Below are positions 1 to 11,553 of a stretch of 64,000 nt of DNA, piece by piece. The stretch comes from Azolla caroliniana. Its lineage: Eukaryota; Plantae; Polypodiophyta. Each line of letters starts with the position of its first letter. The first letter of the stretch is position 1. The translations under genes and the position numbers were made by a program. Where the stretch lies: the NCBI GenBank assembly GCA_043228905.1, contig JBHGNT010000017.1:14012001-14076000 (forward strand). Direction: 5' to 3'. Below the pieces are notes generated by a model. The model was given only the letters and a program-made list of their open reading frames with translations, was not told the DNA's origin and searched no databases.

Positions 1-536
1 TTGTAGCTTGAATTTTATAGTGATGAAGAGCTTTAGTTGCCAGTTTCATTACACTGTTATTGCTTCTTCCATGTTTTGCACAACAGAAAAAAGGTGTATG
101 AAATTGTAACTTCAATCTTATCATGAAGAAGAGCTTTTGTAGTCATTTGCATTACACTTTATCACTTTTCGTTGCTTCTACCATGTCTTGTGTGCCAAAA
201 AAAGGTGTTTGAAATCGTAGATTGAATCTTATTGGAAAACTAGCTCTAGCTCTTCTTGATGAACAATTATGGATAATGTGGAAGTTACTTCCTTGTTTAT
301 AAGGAAAACAAAAGGTGTTGGATAAACTAGTTGTTGCCATCTTAATTTTAATATTTACACCAAAAAAACTTAAAAGGTGACTCAATTGATAGGTAGCTAT
401 AAAGCTCATTTTGTCTGGTCATAGTTCCATTGATCATGAAAATTTATATTTCCTCATAAAGAACTAGACCAAAAAGTCCTTTGTGCACACTCAAGAATCA
501 TGCACTTTGTCAAAATTAGTGCAATTCATTGAGCGT

Positions 537-829
537 ATACTAGTCCCTTCTGTATTTTGGGATTCTTTTCCTTTGACATTTTGATGTGTCTCCACATTTA
601 TGCCTACACATACTGGTCCCTTCCGTATTTTGGGATTCTTTTCCTTTGACATTTTGATGTGTCTCCACATTTATGCCTACACATACTGGTCCCTTCCGTA
701 TTTTGGCATTCTTTTGCTATGACATTTTGACGTGACTCCACATTTATTCCCACATATACTAGTCCCTTCCGTATTTTGGCATTCTTTTGCTTCGACATTT
801 TGACGTGTCTCCATATTTATGCCTACACT
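537..829. repeat. Tandem repeat, 4 x 73 bp
   Basis: ATACT(A/G)GTCCCTTC units start at 537, 610, 683 and 756. Confidence 0.9.
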
Positions 830-999
830 CACTCATATCACCAAGGATGCCATGAGATCTCTATTGTTGTCGCGTCTCGTCTATTTTCTCATGATTTTAA
901 AGGCAACTCTTTGAAAACATGCTTTGAAATAGTAACTTTAATACCCTCATACCCAAGGTTTCACCTTTGATGGTAGTCATATAAGGATATAACAAAAAC

Positions 1000-3432
1000 T
1001 AGAGCATACCTCCTTATTCACACTTATTGGGTAGTAATATATTATTATTGGTGTACCCGGTTGAAGCTTGTCATGAATTGGAACAAGTTCATCATATCCC
1101 TCCATTGAAGCATTAAGTGGCTCTAGCGATAGCAAGTGAGGATAGCAAGTCTCACTTACGACACATTATGACAAAAGAATATTGACCAAACTATTCCACA
1201 ATAAGTTGGGGCTTTTAAAAAAAGACTCCTTTGACACCATGAACAAGAAGATGGTTTCAGGTCTTCCATGGAGTTAGAAATCTTCTCGACTTTGAATTCT
1301 TCTGCCCACCATGCATGATTAATCTGAAAGATAGTGTGGCTAAGATATTCTTAACTTCTAGAATCAATTATGAGTCCAAAAGAATGTCTTCACAAGAAAC
1401 CATTACAAAACTTATGTAGTCCATCCCACCAGTTGACATTGACCCTCTCTAGGAATTACTTAATCCTTCTATTATGGACTTGAAATGTCCAAGATTTATG
1501 CAAACTAGACAAAAAGGTTTGTCCTCTCAGCAAAATTGATACATCATATTGCATTGTTTGGTAGTTGCATTGTTATGCTATTACAATGGATATGAAGTAT
1601 TATGTATGATACAAGTGTCTACACCAGACAACAAGAGTCAATGGTGTACTAATTTTTACAGGTAAAAGATACATATGCATATTCACATGGTTTTCCTTGG
1701 ATGAATGTAAAACCCACTGAATTTGAGCTACTTCTAATTTGTGTAAGAATAGGCTATTTTTTCTTGCTCTTTGCAAATGAAGCTGCACTTCCTGGTGCCC
1801 CGACTCCTCGCTTTTTCTTATTAGTAGGTACTTGTGTCTGCGCTTCAAAGTTATCAAGTTCCTCAACAGCTTTCCTTTCAGCAACTTCACAAAATTTCAA
1901 AAAAAAGAGAGGCAACAGGCTCAGTTCAAATTCAAACCAAGAGTGAATTATCAGAATGCCATAATTCTGAAGAGCCATTCCAAGTTTTCAAAATAAAACA
2001 GGCAATGATGAATGAAACTACAAATATATCGATGCATCTTACTCATCATAGGCGATACACATGACACTCTTGGTACATTTGCATCACAATCAATGGGCTT
2101 AAGTAGGTGTCCATTTGATGATGTATGTGGTGGAAACGAATCTTTATATTCTGGAAGGAATTTGTGATTCACAAAGCTAGCTGAAAGGATCTGCAAATTT
2201 GCATTAACATCATGTTCATTCATTGGTCTTGATGCATTCAGTGATCTCGGTACTGTAGGGTCTTGATGGCTTTGTAATCTAACAGCTGTTATGAAAAGAA
2301 TATACCAAATCTTAACAGCTGAAGTTTTATACATTTTTCTTTCCCAATGTGATATAACTGTGAAAACATCAAAAGTACCCCTTATGTATGGGGGGATACT
2401 AGAATACCATTTAATTCAAAAAATCATCAGCAGATCCCTCTGTAGTATCAAAATTCCTTAGGGGGTATTCTAGGGACTGTTTTAAAACTTAAGGGTACAC
2501 TAATGAAATCTCCAAAATGAGTATGCAAAAAAACCCTGACCGTCAAAATGTCGCCTTTGCTTTTCCATAGAATGGAGCCTTGTCAAAAGTTGAAGCATTT
2601 CTTCCCTGATTGATCTCTGCCTACTCCATACCACTTTCTCTGCAACCATCCTTTCATGCTTCTGGTGTACCATAAGAATATTGTGTGCAATTAGCATATT
2701 ATCTGAATTAAGACAACAATGTGTAAAATGGCTGATCATCTCACTCAAAAATGGAAAATTTATCTCAATCAGTACATATCCACATATTGAGACCTTTTAC
2801 TTAATCAAATTCCAACATTATTGATGAAATAATTCAAATATGGTATCCATATCTTCCTATCCAATCCTTCTACATCACCAACTTACATACATTTTCATGA
2901 CACTGTTGATGATAAAATAATACCAACAGAAGACACAAAAAATACACTACTCTGAAAACCAGGGACACCAAATTTCAAACTACTCTACGAGACAAAAAAG
3001 AGAAACGGAGATGAAAGAATCATTTCCAAACCTTTATGTTTGCAGTATCTCGCTCATAATACTGAGTTGAATCTGTGATTCTTGCAGACCGATGTGCAAC
3101 GTAGAAATCATGTGGATGTCCACCCTGATTTTCACATATACAAATAACATCATCACAATGGTGTAGAAACAGAAACAAGAAAAAAACTTGAGAGTATAGT
3201 CGCAATATGTCAAGATAGTAATGCAAAGGAAGTATGATGATTGATAATGGACAATGTATGATATGTAATATATGATGGAAATTGATGCATGATGGGAAAT
3301 GCAAGACCGTGAATATATATTATGGATCATGAACGATGGGCATGTCGATGTATAATGCATGACGCAAATTACCAATTCCCATGGCTTGCAGAGAGCATTC
3401 ATGAGAGCAGCAGCTTCTAGATCAACCTCCAT
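1000..3432 (-). pseudogene. Degenerate spliced gene of unknown function, possibly transposon-borne
   Basis: ATG at 3432 (MEVDLEAAALMNALCKPWEL|GTAAT), a second exon-like block at about 3128-3030 with AG/GT borders, further ORF fragments (2500-2748, 1951-2334, 1754-1978 with a KKKR patch) and in-frame stops. No domain recognised. Confidence 0.35.
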
Positions 3433-3959
3433 TTTCTCACCCTTAGGAAATGTGGTAGATTGTCTTGGTTTTTCCCTGCTACGAAAAGAAAAAAAGTAAA
3501 AGAAAAGAAAAACTTATTTCTGATCAGAAGAAGGAAAAGAGATTGGCCGGAAGAAGAAGAGGAGGATTGAATGAACAGAAGAAGAAGAAGAAGAAGAAGA
3601 AGAAGAAGAAGAGATTTGACTTACATCGTCATCTTCGTCTTGCAGGGGGTCTGGTCTGTCTGCAAGGTTAAGCTTGGCGGATTTGGCCATGGCGGAAAGA
3701 CCCCTGTTCTTTGGTCAGATCAAGAGCGACACGTCTTTTCCCTGTCAACAAACAACACCTCATATATACATACATACATATATGTATATATGGCCTTGGC
3801 AAGCTTTCCTAATTTAGACCCCCATCTTTGCCATTTTTAGACATCATACAAATTCATACTCAATAAAGACGACCAATACATATTTGGTGGTGGTGGTGGT
3901 ACCTAGACTCCACAGGGCCAAGCCTCCACCAAAATCTCACTCTAAAGATCCGTCCATAT

Positions 3960-5130
3960 TTTTACGCTATCACCACATGTCGCATATTGGCTTGACAATA
4001 TGTGTATGTGTAGAAAGTTTACGTATGCAGAAGCTAACGACAGAAAGCAGCCGGCTCAACCGGGCTACCAGAAGACAGTTAGGTAAACACCGAGATTCGG
4101 TGAGAGTGAGAGTGAAAGAGACTGAGTGATCAGACAACAACAAAATTCTATTCCAAGTAAAGACTCAGTACATATAATGTGCTCAATGAGCACTTTTATA
4201 CAAGCCCTTCAAAGGAATAATAGAAGTATGACAAGTACTTCGATGCTCATCAATGAACTACTGACACTATCAGCCTATAATATTCCTATTTACTAAAATA
4301 GGAATATAGGCTCCTAACAGCCTGTTAGCTCCTAGCCGATCCGGCCAAGCCGATCGGTCTCTATCTGATTTGGCTTTCGATTTTTTCAACCGATCCGGCC
4401 TAGCCGACCAGTCTCTATCTGATTCGGCTTTTGGCTTCTTCAGCTGATCTGGCCTATGTTGAGGTTGTCTCTCAACAGTATGTATACGTATTTTACGTCA
4501 TCACCACATGTGGTGTATTGACTTGACTATACATATACGTATACATATTTTATGCCATCACTATAGGTGGTGTATTGACAAGACTATACATTGGCTTTAC
4601 TATACATATTACATATATGTATTTTACACCATCACCACATGTGGTTTATTGCCTTGACTATACATTGGCCCAACTATACATATACGTATACATATTTTAT
4701 GCCATCACCACATGTGGTGTATTGACCTTACTATACATTGGCTTGACTATACATATACATATACGTATTTTACACCATCACCACATGTGGTGTATTGACT
4801 TGACTATACATTGGCCCAACTATACATATACGTATACATATTTTATGCCATCACCACATGTGGTGTATTGACCTTACTATACATTGGCTTGACTATACAT
4901 ATACATATACGTATTTTACACCATCACCACATGTGGTGTATTGACTTGACTATACATTGGCCCTACTATACATATACATATACATATTTTACACCATCAC
5001 CACATGTGGTGTATTGACCTGACTATACATTGGCCTCACTATACATTGGTTTGACTATACGTATATGTGTATCTATGTTACACCATCATCACATGTGGTG
5101 TATTGATCTGACTATATGTATATGTTTATG
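3960..5130. repeat. Minisatellite with 73-bp core units (146-bp dimer) containing the palindrome CACCACATGTGGTG; interrupted by the solo LTR
   Basis: CCATCACCACATGTGG at 4629, 4702, 4775, 4848, 4921 and 4994, with degenerate flanking units; alternate units are near-identical. Confidence 0.9.
4009..4477 (-). mobile_element. Solo LTR (copia-type)
   Basis: Ends TGTAG...CAACA with a 5-bp TSD GTATG (4004-4008 and 4478-4482). Minus-strand ends TGTTGAGA...TACA resemble the copia LTR at 6788. Confidence 0.8.
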
Positions 5131-5689
5131 TATACACACAACCTTCTTTCAACCTCATTGTATGTCAATGACACCTTCATTGAGTAACCACAACCACTTG
5201 CAATGTCGTTTAGATCGGAAATTATGGCCCTTGAAATCTCGCATCATTCATTGTTGAAGTATGTGTGTATAAGTCTGTGTGTGAACGTGCATGGCATGGA
5301 GTAAGCCACATCCTATGGATAATTAAAATGCAATACCATGGATTTTGATATTGCCTTCAAATTTGGGTGGTCACATTCAACACCAATGTTTTGGATATAT
5401 AAGCTATGATTATTGACGATAGTATACTCTCCTCTTATCCCTTACATTGTTTTCTCGAGGATGTCAAAGTTTTGTTATGTTGAGAATGTCATTTCTTACG
5501 TTGATAGAAAAATCTTATTGTGTCTCTCCTTGTCTCTCTTTGGTTCACCCCCTTTTCAACCCACATGGAATGAACCACACCATGGGGATGAGAAGATGAT
5601 GACACGAATGATGGTGGTGATCACCAAATGAGATGGTAACATAGATAGCTATGCACACCACAAGTTCAGGTATAAACCACTACCAATGA

Positions 5690-6780
5690 CAATAATGGTA
5701 GTGGTACCATAACCACCTAGAAAACGCAAAGAGAATCAATGAAGAATTGTGAATCAATGTTTTTTTTCCTCCCACACACATTATGATATTAAGAATGCAC
5801 CCCATATTATCAAATGTTATCTCTAACTGTATTAATATAGCAATTCTTTGTCCAGTACGTATTTTTGCCATTGTAGTGGATGTCACCATCAATATCCCAA
5901 TAGTATAAAACTGTTGTCACTGGGCTACAATTCCATTTCTTTGGGAATGCCACAACCATTAGGTCTTCATCATTATTACCACCATGGAGGCAAATCAACA
6001 TCATAACACCTTTCTTTCAATTCACGATTAGATTGGAACGCCACATTCTAGTTGCTCAAACTGCTCAAGAGCCGACTGCTGCAAAGATTTGGCCTACATA
6101 TCATGTTCCCCATGTAATTATTACCAAGTTTTGGCGGGAAATATGGAAACAACACCACGTTCCAATGACTAGTAATACATAGGTCACTATCGGTTGGAGT
6201 GTGGCAGTGTGGGATCCTTAGCTCTCCTAGTTGTGTAGCATGCCCAAATGTAATAGAGTCAATCCGACCTGCTTTTGGTATTGCCCAGAGACCCATCGAA
6301 TATGACGTGGGGTTGGCCGCCTATTGCAACTATGCCTGGTGCAAGGTACAATCAAGTGGGGGAATGTATGTTAGTTATCATGGCAAGCCATAGTTGACAA
6401 GTATGAACGGAGGAGGGGATGACACTAGTGATAAAGGTACAAGGGATTTTGTTTTCTACCATTGACAATATCCACTCAACTCCTATTAACGCCAAAGCTC
6501 AAGTTGTGTTGGAATTGGTCAGCCTAATAGCTCTTTGGATTCTCTGGAAACAATGGAGTAGACGGGTCTTTTCCAATCAAACCGTGCATCAAGCAATGTT
6601 ATTGCACAAGATATGGAGTGAAGTTGTAACCACTCTAAAGAGCCAATACAATGGCCTCACAAGCAGATCCGATGGAGTTGAAAGACAACGATTAACCTTC
6701 ATCCAATAAATTATGGTCGTCCTCTCCCTTTCTTGAGTCAGAGGGCCTCCAATAAGATGGAACTATCACGTCCCTATTGG
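5690..6780 (+). mobile_element. Decayed L1-type LINE 3' fragment
   Basis: ORF 6419-6709 contains ALWILWKQWSRRVFSN, resembling the plant L1 ORF2 C-terminal W-x-I-W-x-x-R-N motif; upstream frames are disrupted. Confidence 0.55.
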
Positions 6781-7931
6781 GATTTGTTGTTGAGAATCGA
6801 ACCCAACTTCTCCAATGAAATGGCTTTCACACTAGCCATGGACATACTAGGCTAGTTTTGTAAATAGTAAAAAGAGCAGTTGCCCTAGGCTAGTTGGTAT
6901 TTAAACCAACCTCTTGTAACCTAGTTACTGTTGGATGTAATTTTATTTTTCACTAATATAGCTTCTTGTTCTAAGCTCTCTCTCTCTCTATGATCTCTAC
7001 TTGTCTTACGTACACTTGCACACGTCACAAAATGTGAATATCAAGGTTTGAACTTGTGACCTTCAAACAATGGTCTTACACTTCAACCATTGCACAAACT
7101 CATTTTCATTAATAAATACATTTTCATATTATTATTATTCAAGAACTCTAGAGCACTAGACACATTAAATGACCGCCAAATGGCATGCACCATGTATGCC
7201 AAGTGGCGCACAACATGTATGCCAAATGGCGATCATGCACATTCTGATGTACAGTATATAAGTCGAAGATCTGCTTAGCATGGTTTACACCATTGCTAGA
7301 GAAGAAATCCCCAATACTAGAAAACTTTGATACCTTTATCAACGAATTCCAAGCTAGTTTTGATGATACTGATAGTGTAAGAACAACAATAAACAAGATA
7401 CATAGGTTGCGCAAAGGAAATTGGCCAGCCTCAACTTACGCAGCTGATTTTCGTCTTCTTGTTTGTGATATCCCTTGGGATGAAGCAGCGATGATGGACT
7501 TGTTTCGGCATGGTTTGCGTAATGATGTTAAAGACTTGCTCTTAACATTTCATGATGAACCCAAATCACTGACAGAAGCTATTAGCCGTGCAGTTCGATG
7601 TGACAATCGTTTGTTCGAAAGACGTTCTGAGCGCCAACAAACGTCGACACGCCTTAGATCTGAGCAAACATATGCCTCAACATTAGCCTCACCACCTTTA
7701 GGACCAGTGCAAGTTCCTAATCCTAATTCTTTTAATGGACCTACTCCATTGGAGATAGATGTAGCACGTCGTCGAGGTCCTTTGTCCGAAGCCGAGAAAC
7801 AACGACGTCGAGCAAATCGACTTTGCCTATATTGTGGTGGTCCAAGACATATAGCAATACATTATCCACATAAACCAAAACCTAGTTCATGCATTGCGAC
7901 TCATGGAACTCGTCGTCAAAGGAAGGGATGA

Positions 7932-8439
7932 TGTCACAAAATGTGAATATCAAGGTTTGAACTTGTGACCTTCAAACAATGGTCTTACACTTCAACCATT
8001 GCACCAACTCATTTTCATTAATGAATATATTTTCATATTATTATTATTCAAGAACTCTAGAGCACTAGACACATTAAATGACCACCAAATGGCATGCACC
8101 CTGTACGCCAAGTGGCGCACAACATGTATGCCAAATGGCGATCATGCACATTCTGATGTACAGTATATAAGTCGAAGATTTGTGTCTGCAGATCTTCGAC
8201 TTATATACTGTACATCAGAATGTGCATGATCGCCATTTGGCATACATGTTGTGCGCCACTTGGCGTACAGGGTGCATGCCATTTGGTGGTCATTTAATGT
8301 GTCTAGTGCTCTAGAGTTCTTGAATAATAATAATATGAAAATGTGTTCATTAATGAAAATGAGTTGGTGCAATGGTTGAAGTGTAAGACCATTGTTTGAA
8401 GGTCACAAGTTCAAACCTTGATATTCACATTTTGTGACA
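7932..8439. repeat. Near-perfect inverted repeat, about 248-bp arms and 12-bp centre
   Basis: The + ORF 7999-8229 and the - ORF 8142-8372 give almost the same translation; ends TGTCACAAAA and TTTTGTGACA. Confidence 0.97.
8358..8434 (+). promoter_or_regulatory. tRNA-like Pol III internal promoter in LTR (mirror copies at about 7030-7105 and 7940-8015, minus)
   Basis: A-box TGGTGCAATGG at 8365, B-box AGTTCAAACCT at 8408 within the T-arm CAAG-TTCAAAC-CTTG, and TTTT just inside the LTR end. Confidence 0.65.
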
Positions 8440-10601
8440 TCACACACACAATTCACCTCCACTGCACAACATCACCTACTTCTCTAATTTCTTTACATGG
8501 TATCAGAGAGTGTGGTTGTTTTATTGAGCTTATTCAACTATGGTGTGTCTAGTGTGGTTGTTTTATTGAGCTTATTCAACTATGGTGTGTCTTAGATCGA
8601 TGATCAACAGAATGAGTTCAACAAAAGAGAAGAAATTGACAACATGAATATTTAGATTAGAAGTGCTCTGTACATCACCTACTTCTCTAATTTCTTTACA
8701 TGGTATCAGAGAGTGTGGTTGTTTTATTGAGCTTATTCAACTATGGTGTGTCTTAGATCGATGATCAACAGAATGAGTTCAACAAAAGAGAAGAAATTGA
8801 CATCATGAATATTTAGATTAGAAGTGCTCTTCTTATAGAGACTCTTGACATGACAAACTTTGCATCTTGGGAATACAAGATGTATCAATACCTTGTCGGT
8901 CAAGGATATTGGAGCTATATCAAGGGAGCTCACGAAATGCAACCCAACCCAACACACGACGACTATCCAGCCTGGGAGTAGGCCGTGAGTCGTGTGTTTT
9001 ATTGCCTTGCATCATGTGTTCATGATCACATGCTTGGCTATATTCAAGAGGCAAAAATGCCAAATTGAAAAGAAGCATGGGGCAATCTCAAGAAGATTTT
9101 CATAGCCAACATGGCTGCACGAAAGCTCAAACTCTGTTAGGAGTTAAACAATATGCAACAAAGGGATATGTCGATCACCAGCTATACTTGAAGATCAAGG
9201 AGCTTTGTGATGGAGCTTTGTGATGCCCTCGGATCGATTAATGTTATCATCGACGATGATGGAATGGTGCAAATATGCCTCAACGACTTAGCACCACGAT
9301 TCAACGCGATCAGATCGACCATTCTTGCAAGGGAGAAACTTCCCTCCTTTTTCAACCTTTAGTCGATACTGTTGGTTGAAGAAAATCATGTCTGACAAAG
9401 GAGCAATGCACTCAATGGTCAGTTGCTCTACTCCTAGTTGGATGAGGGAAGAGCATTCAGTTGAGGAAACAGAGGTCAATTCGGCAGAGGATGATAGGGT
9501 CAGCGGACCCGAGAATGCAATACCCACCACTGACAAATAAACCTACCTCAAGAATTTCTTGCATGTCCCAACCATCACGAAAAACCTGGTCTCGGTCGGC
9601 CAGATTGTTGAACAAGGCATGCAAGTACCATTCAATAATGATGGGTGCTTTATTGAGAAAGAAGGCCAACTAGTAGCTCACAGTCAAAGAGAAGGCCAAA
9701 AGTTCGTCCTCGAATCGAAGGAGGTGAAGTTCTTTATGTTTGCAGAAGGCCTCAAAGTTGAAACCGACTTGAAACTGTGGCACAAGAGAATCAACCACAT
9801 CAATCTCCAAAAGCTCCAGAACATGCAATCCAAAGGAGTCATCATCAGACTCTCGAATTTTACAGAGAAAGAGAGCACGGGTGTTTGTGAGGCATGCCAA
9901 TTTGGCAAGCAACGCCGACATCCATTCCCAAAAGAAAGGAATGTGAGTAAAGCAGACTTGGACGTAGTCCACTCCGACGTATGGGGACCGGCTTAGATAG
10001 CCACATTCGACAGATGTTGATATTACATAACGTTTATCGACGACTTCTCCAGACACGCTTGGATCTATCCCATGCGGCACAAGGTGAAGTGTTTGGACAC
10101 TTCCAAACATTTAAGAATGAAGTCGAAAAAGCCGCAAGGAGTATTTCTCGGGCAAATTTAAAACGTATCTCCGAAAGGAAGGAATTCGATGAGAATTCTC
10201 ATGCCGACACACACCTCAGCAAAACAAAGTAGGGAAAAATCAGTCACTACGAAGAGGAGTGCCGAAAGAAGAAATGAGAGTTGGCTTCGACCAGCCGATA
10301 ACTCATGAACTATACCACGAATTCCGATTATGATGATCATGGCGGGATGTTCGTAATGAGGCATAGAGCGCATTCAATGTCGGCACAAGGCCTGACTAGC
10401 ATCTCTTCTTCAGACAATGTATGGTTTGTAGACTCTGGAGCGTCCAATCACATGATGTCCCACGAAGATTGGTTTCAAGAGTTGAGAAAGAAAGCCCGAT
10501 CGACCCGGCTATGTCGAAACCGGAGATGACACAACTCACCCAATTCGACATATCAGAAATGTTCCATTCAGGAATGATGACAAACAAACCTACCTCAAGA
10601 A

Positions 10602-11553
10602 CATGGTTGTTTACGTACCTGTATTTAACGTTTAAATACGTATAGTACCTCATCATTTGTATAGTACGTACTATACCTCAATGTTGTTCAGTCAAATATC
10701 ATCATGTACATTTGTCCAATACAATATTTAACGTATTTATAAAAAAACAGGTATAATACGTATTCATAAAGAAAAAAAACCCTAACAAAAAGCAAAAGAA
10801 AAAAAAGATTTTAGTGAAAAAGAAGCCAAAGGAAGGAAGAATAGAAGAGACGACGAAGTAGTAATATACTAAGGTCTCGTTCTGTTTTTCTTATGTAGAC
10901 TTTTCAAGTAATATACTAAGGTGTATCTTACTTTAAAAAAAATAAAAATAATAAAAGAGACGACGATGAAGAAGAAGAAGAAGAAGAACAAGAAGAACAA
11001 GAAGAACAAGAACAAAGAAAAGAAGACATAAACCTATCTTGAGTGTGATAATCGCAGAAGATAGAAGAAGAAGAAGAAAACGAAGAAAAGAGAAACCTAT
11101 CATGAGTGTGATAATCGTAGACGATTCCTCAATCTATGAAGGTATAATTGTAAATAATTACAATTTGAAGTAGAACATCGTGATACACACTTACATTGAT
11201 TTATAGAATAAGGGAATATCGACATTCATATTACTACAAGTATTTTAGGATGTGAAATGTTCAAATGTCTTATATGCATTTTAGGATGTAGAACTATACT
11301 GTACAATGTACATCACAAAATTTTGTAAACATAGATTTTTTTTTACAATATTATAGATATTTTTTAGAAAGGTAAATAATTTTCAAATTCTAGAAGTATT
11401 TAACGTACTATACGTAAAATACGTATTTTATAAGTATTTAACATACTAAGAAAACGTATTTAACGTATTTTTAAATTGGGAGGTACTATACGGGTATTAA
11501 TACGTTAAATACGTATGGTATCCATACCGTACCTAACGTACCTAACAACCTTG
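10602..11553. mobile_element. Non-autonomous hAT-type DNA transposon (952 bp)
   Basis: 8-bp TSD CTCAAGAA (10594-10601 and 11554-11561); TIR CATGGTTGTT/AACAACCTTG; subterminal TACGT/TTAACGT repeats; splits copia pol. Confidence 0.88.

Larger units (their letters stand above)
7023..8439 (+). mobile_element. Internally deleted Tcn1-like gypsy element with a palindromic 3' LTR
   Basis: Half LTR 7023-7274; gag fragment ORF 7293-7931 (retrotransposon gag plus CLYCGGPRH knuckle); purine tract AAAGGAAGGGATGA before TGTCACA at 7932; palindrome 7932-8439; imperfect TSD GCACA/TCACA. Confidence 0.8.

Noticed and set aside
4490-5130. CRISPR-like regularly spaced palindromic repeats
   Set aside because: The spacers are themselves repeated (146-bp dimer), there are no cas genes, and the context is eukaryotic.
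7090-8372. Three copies of a 62-76 aa MHQLIFIN ORF
   Set aside because: A by-product of the repeated LTR arm; starts at TTG and has no domain.
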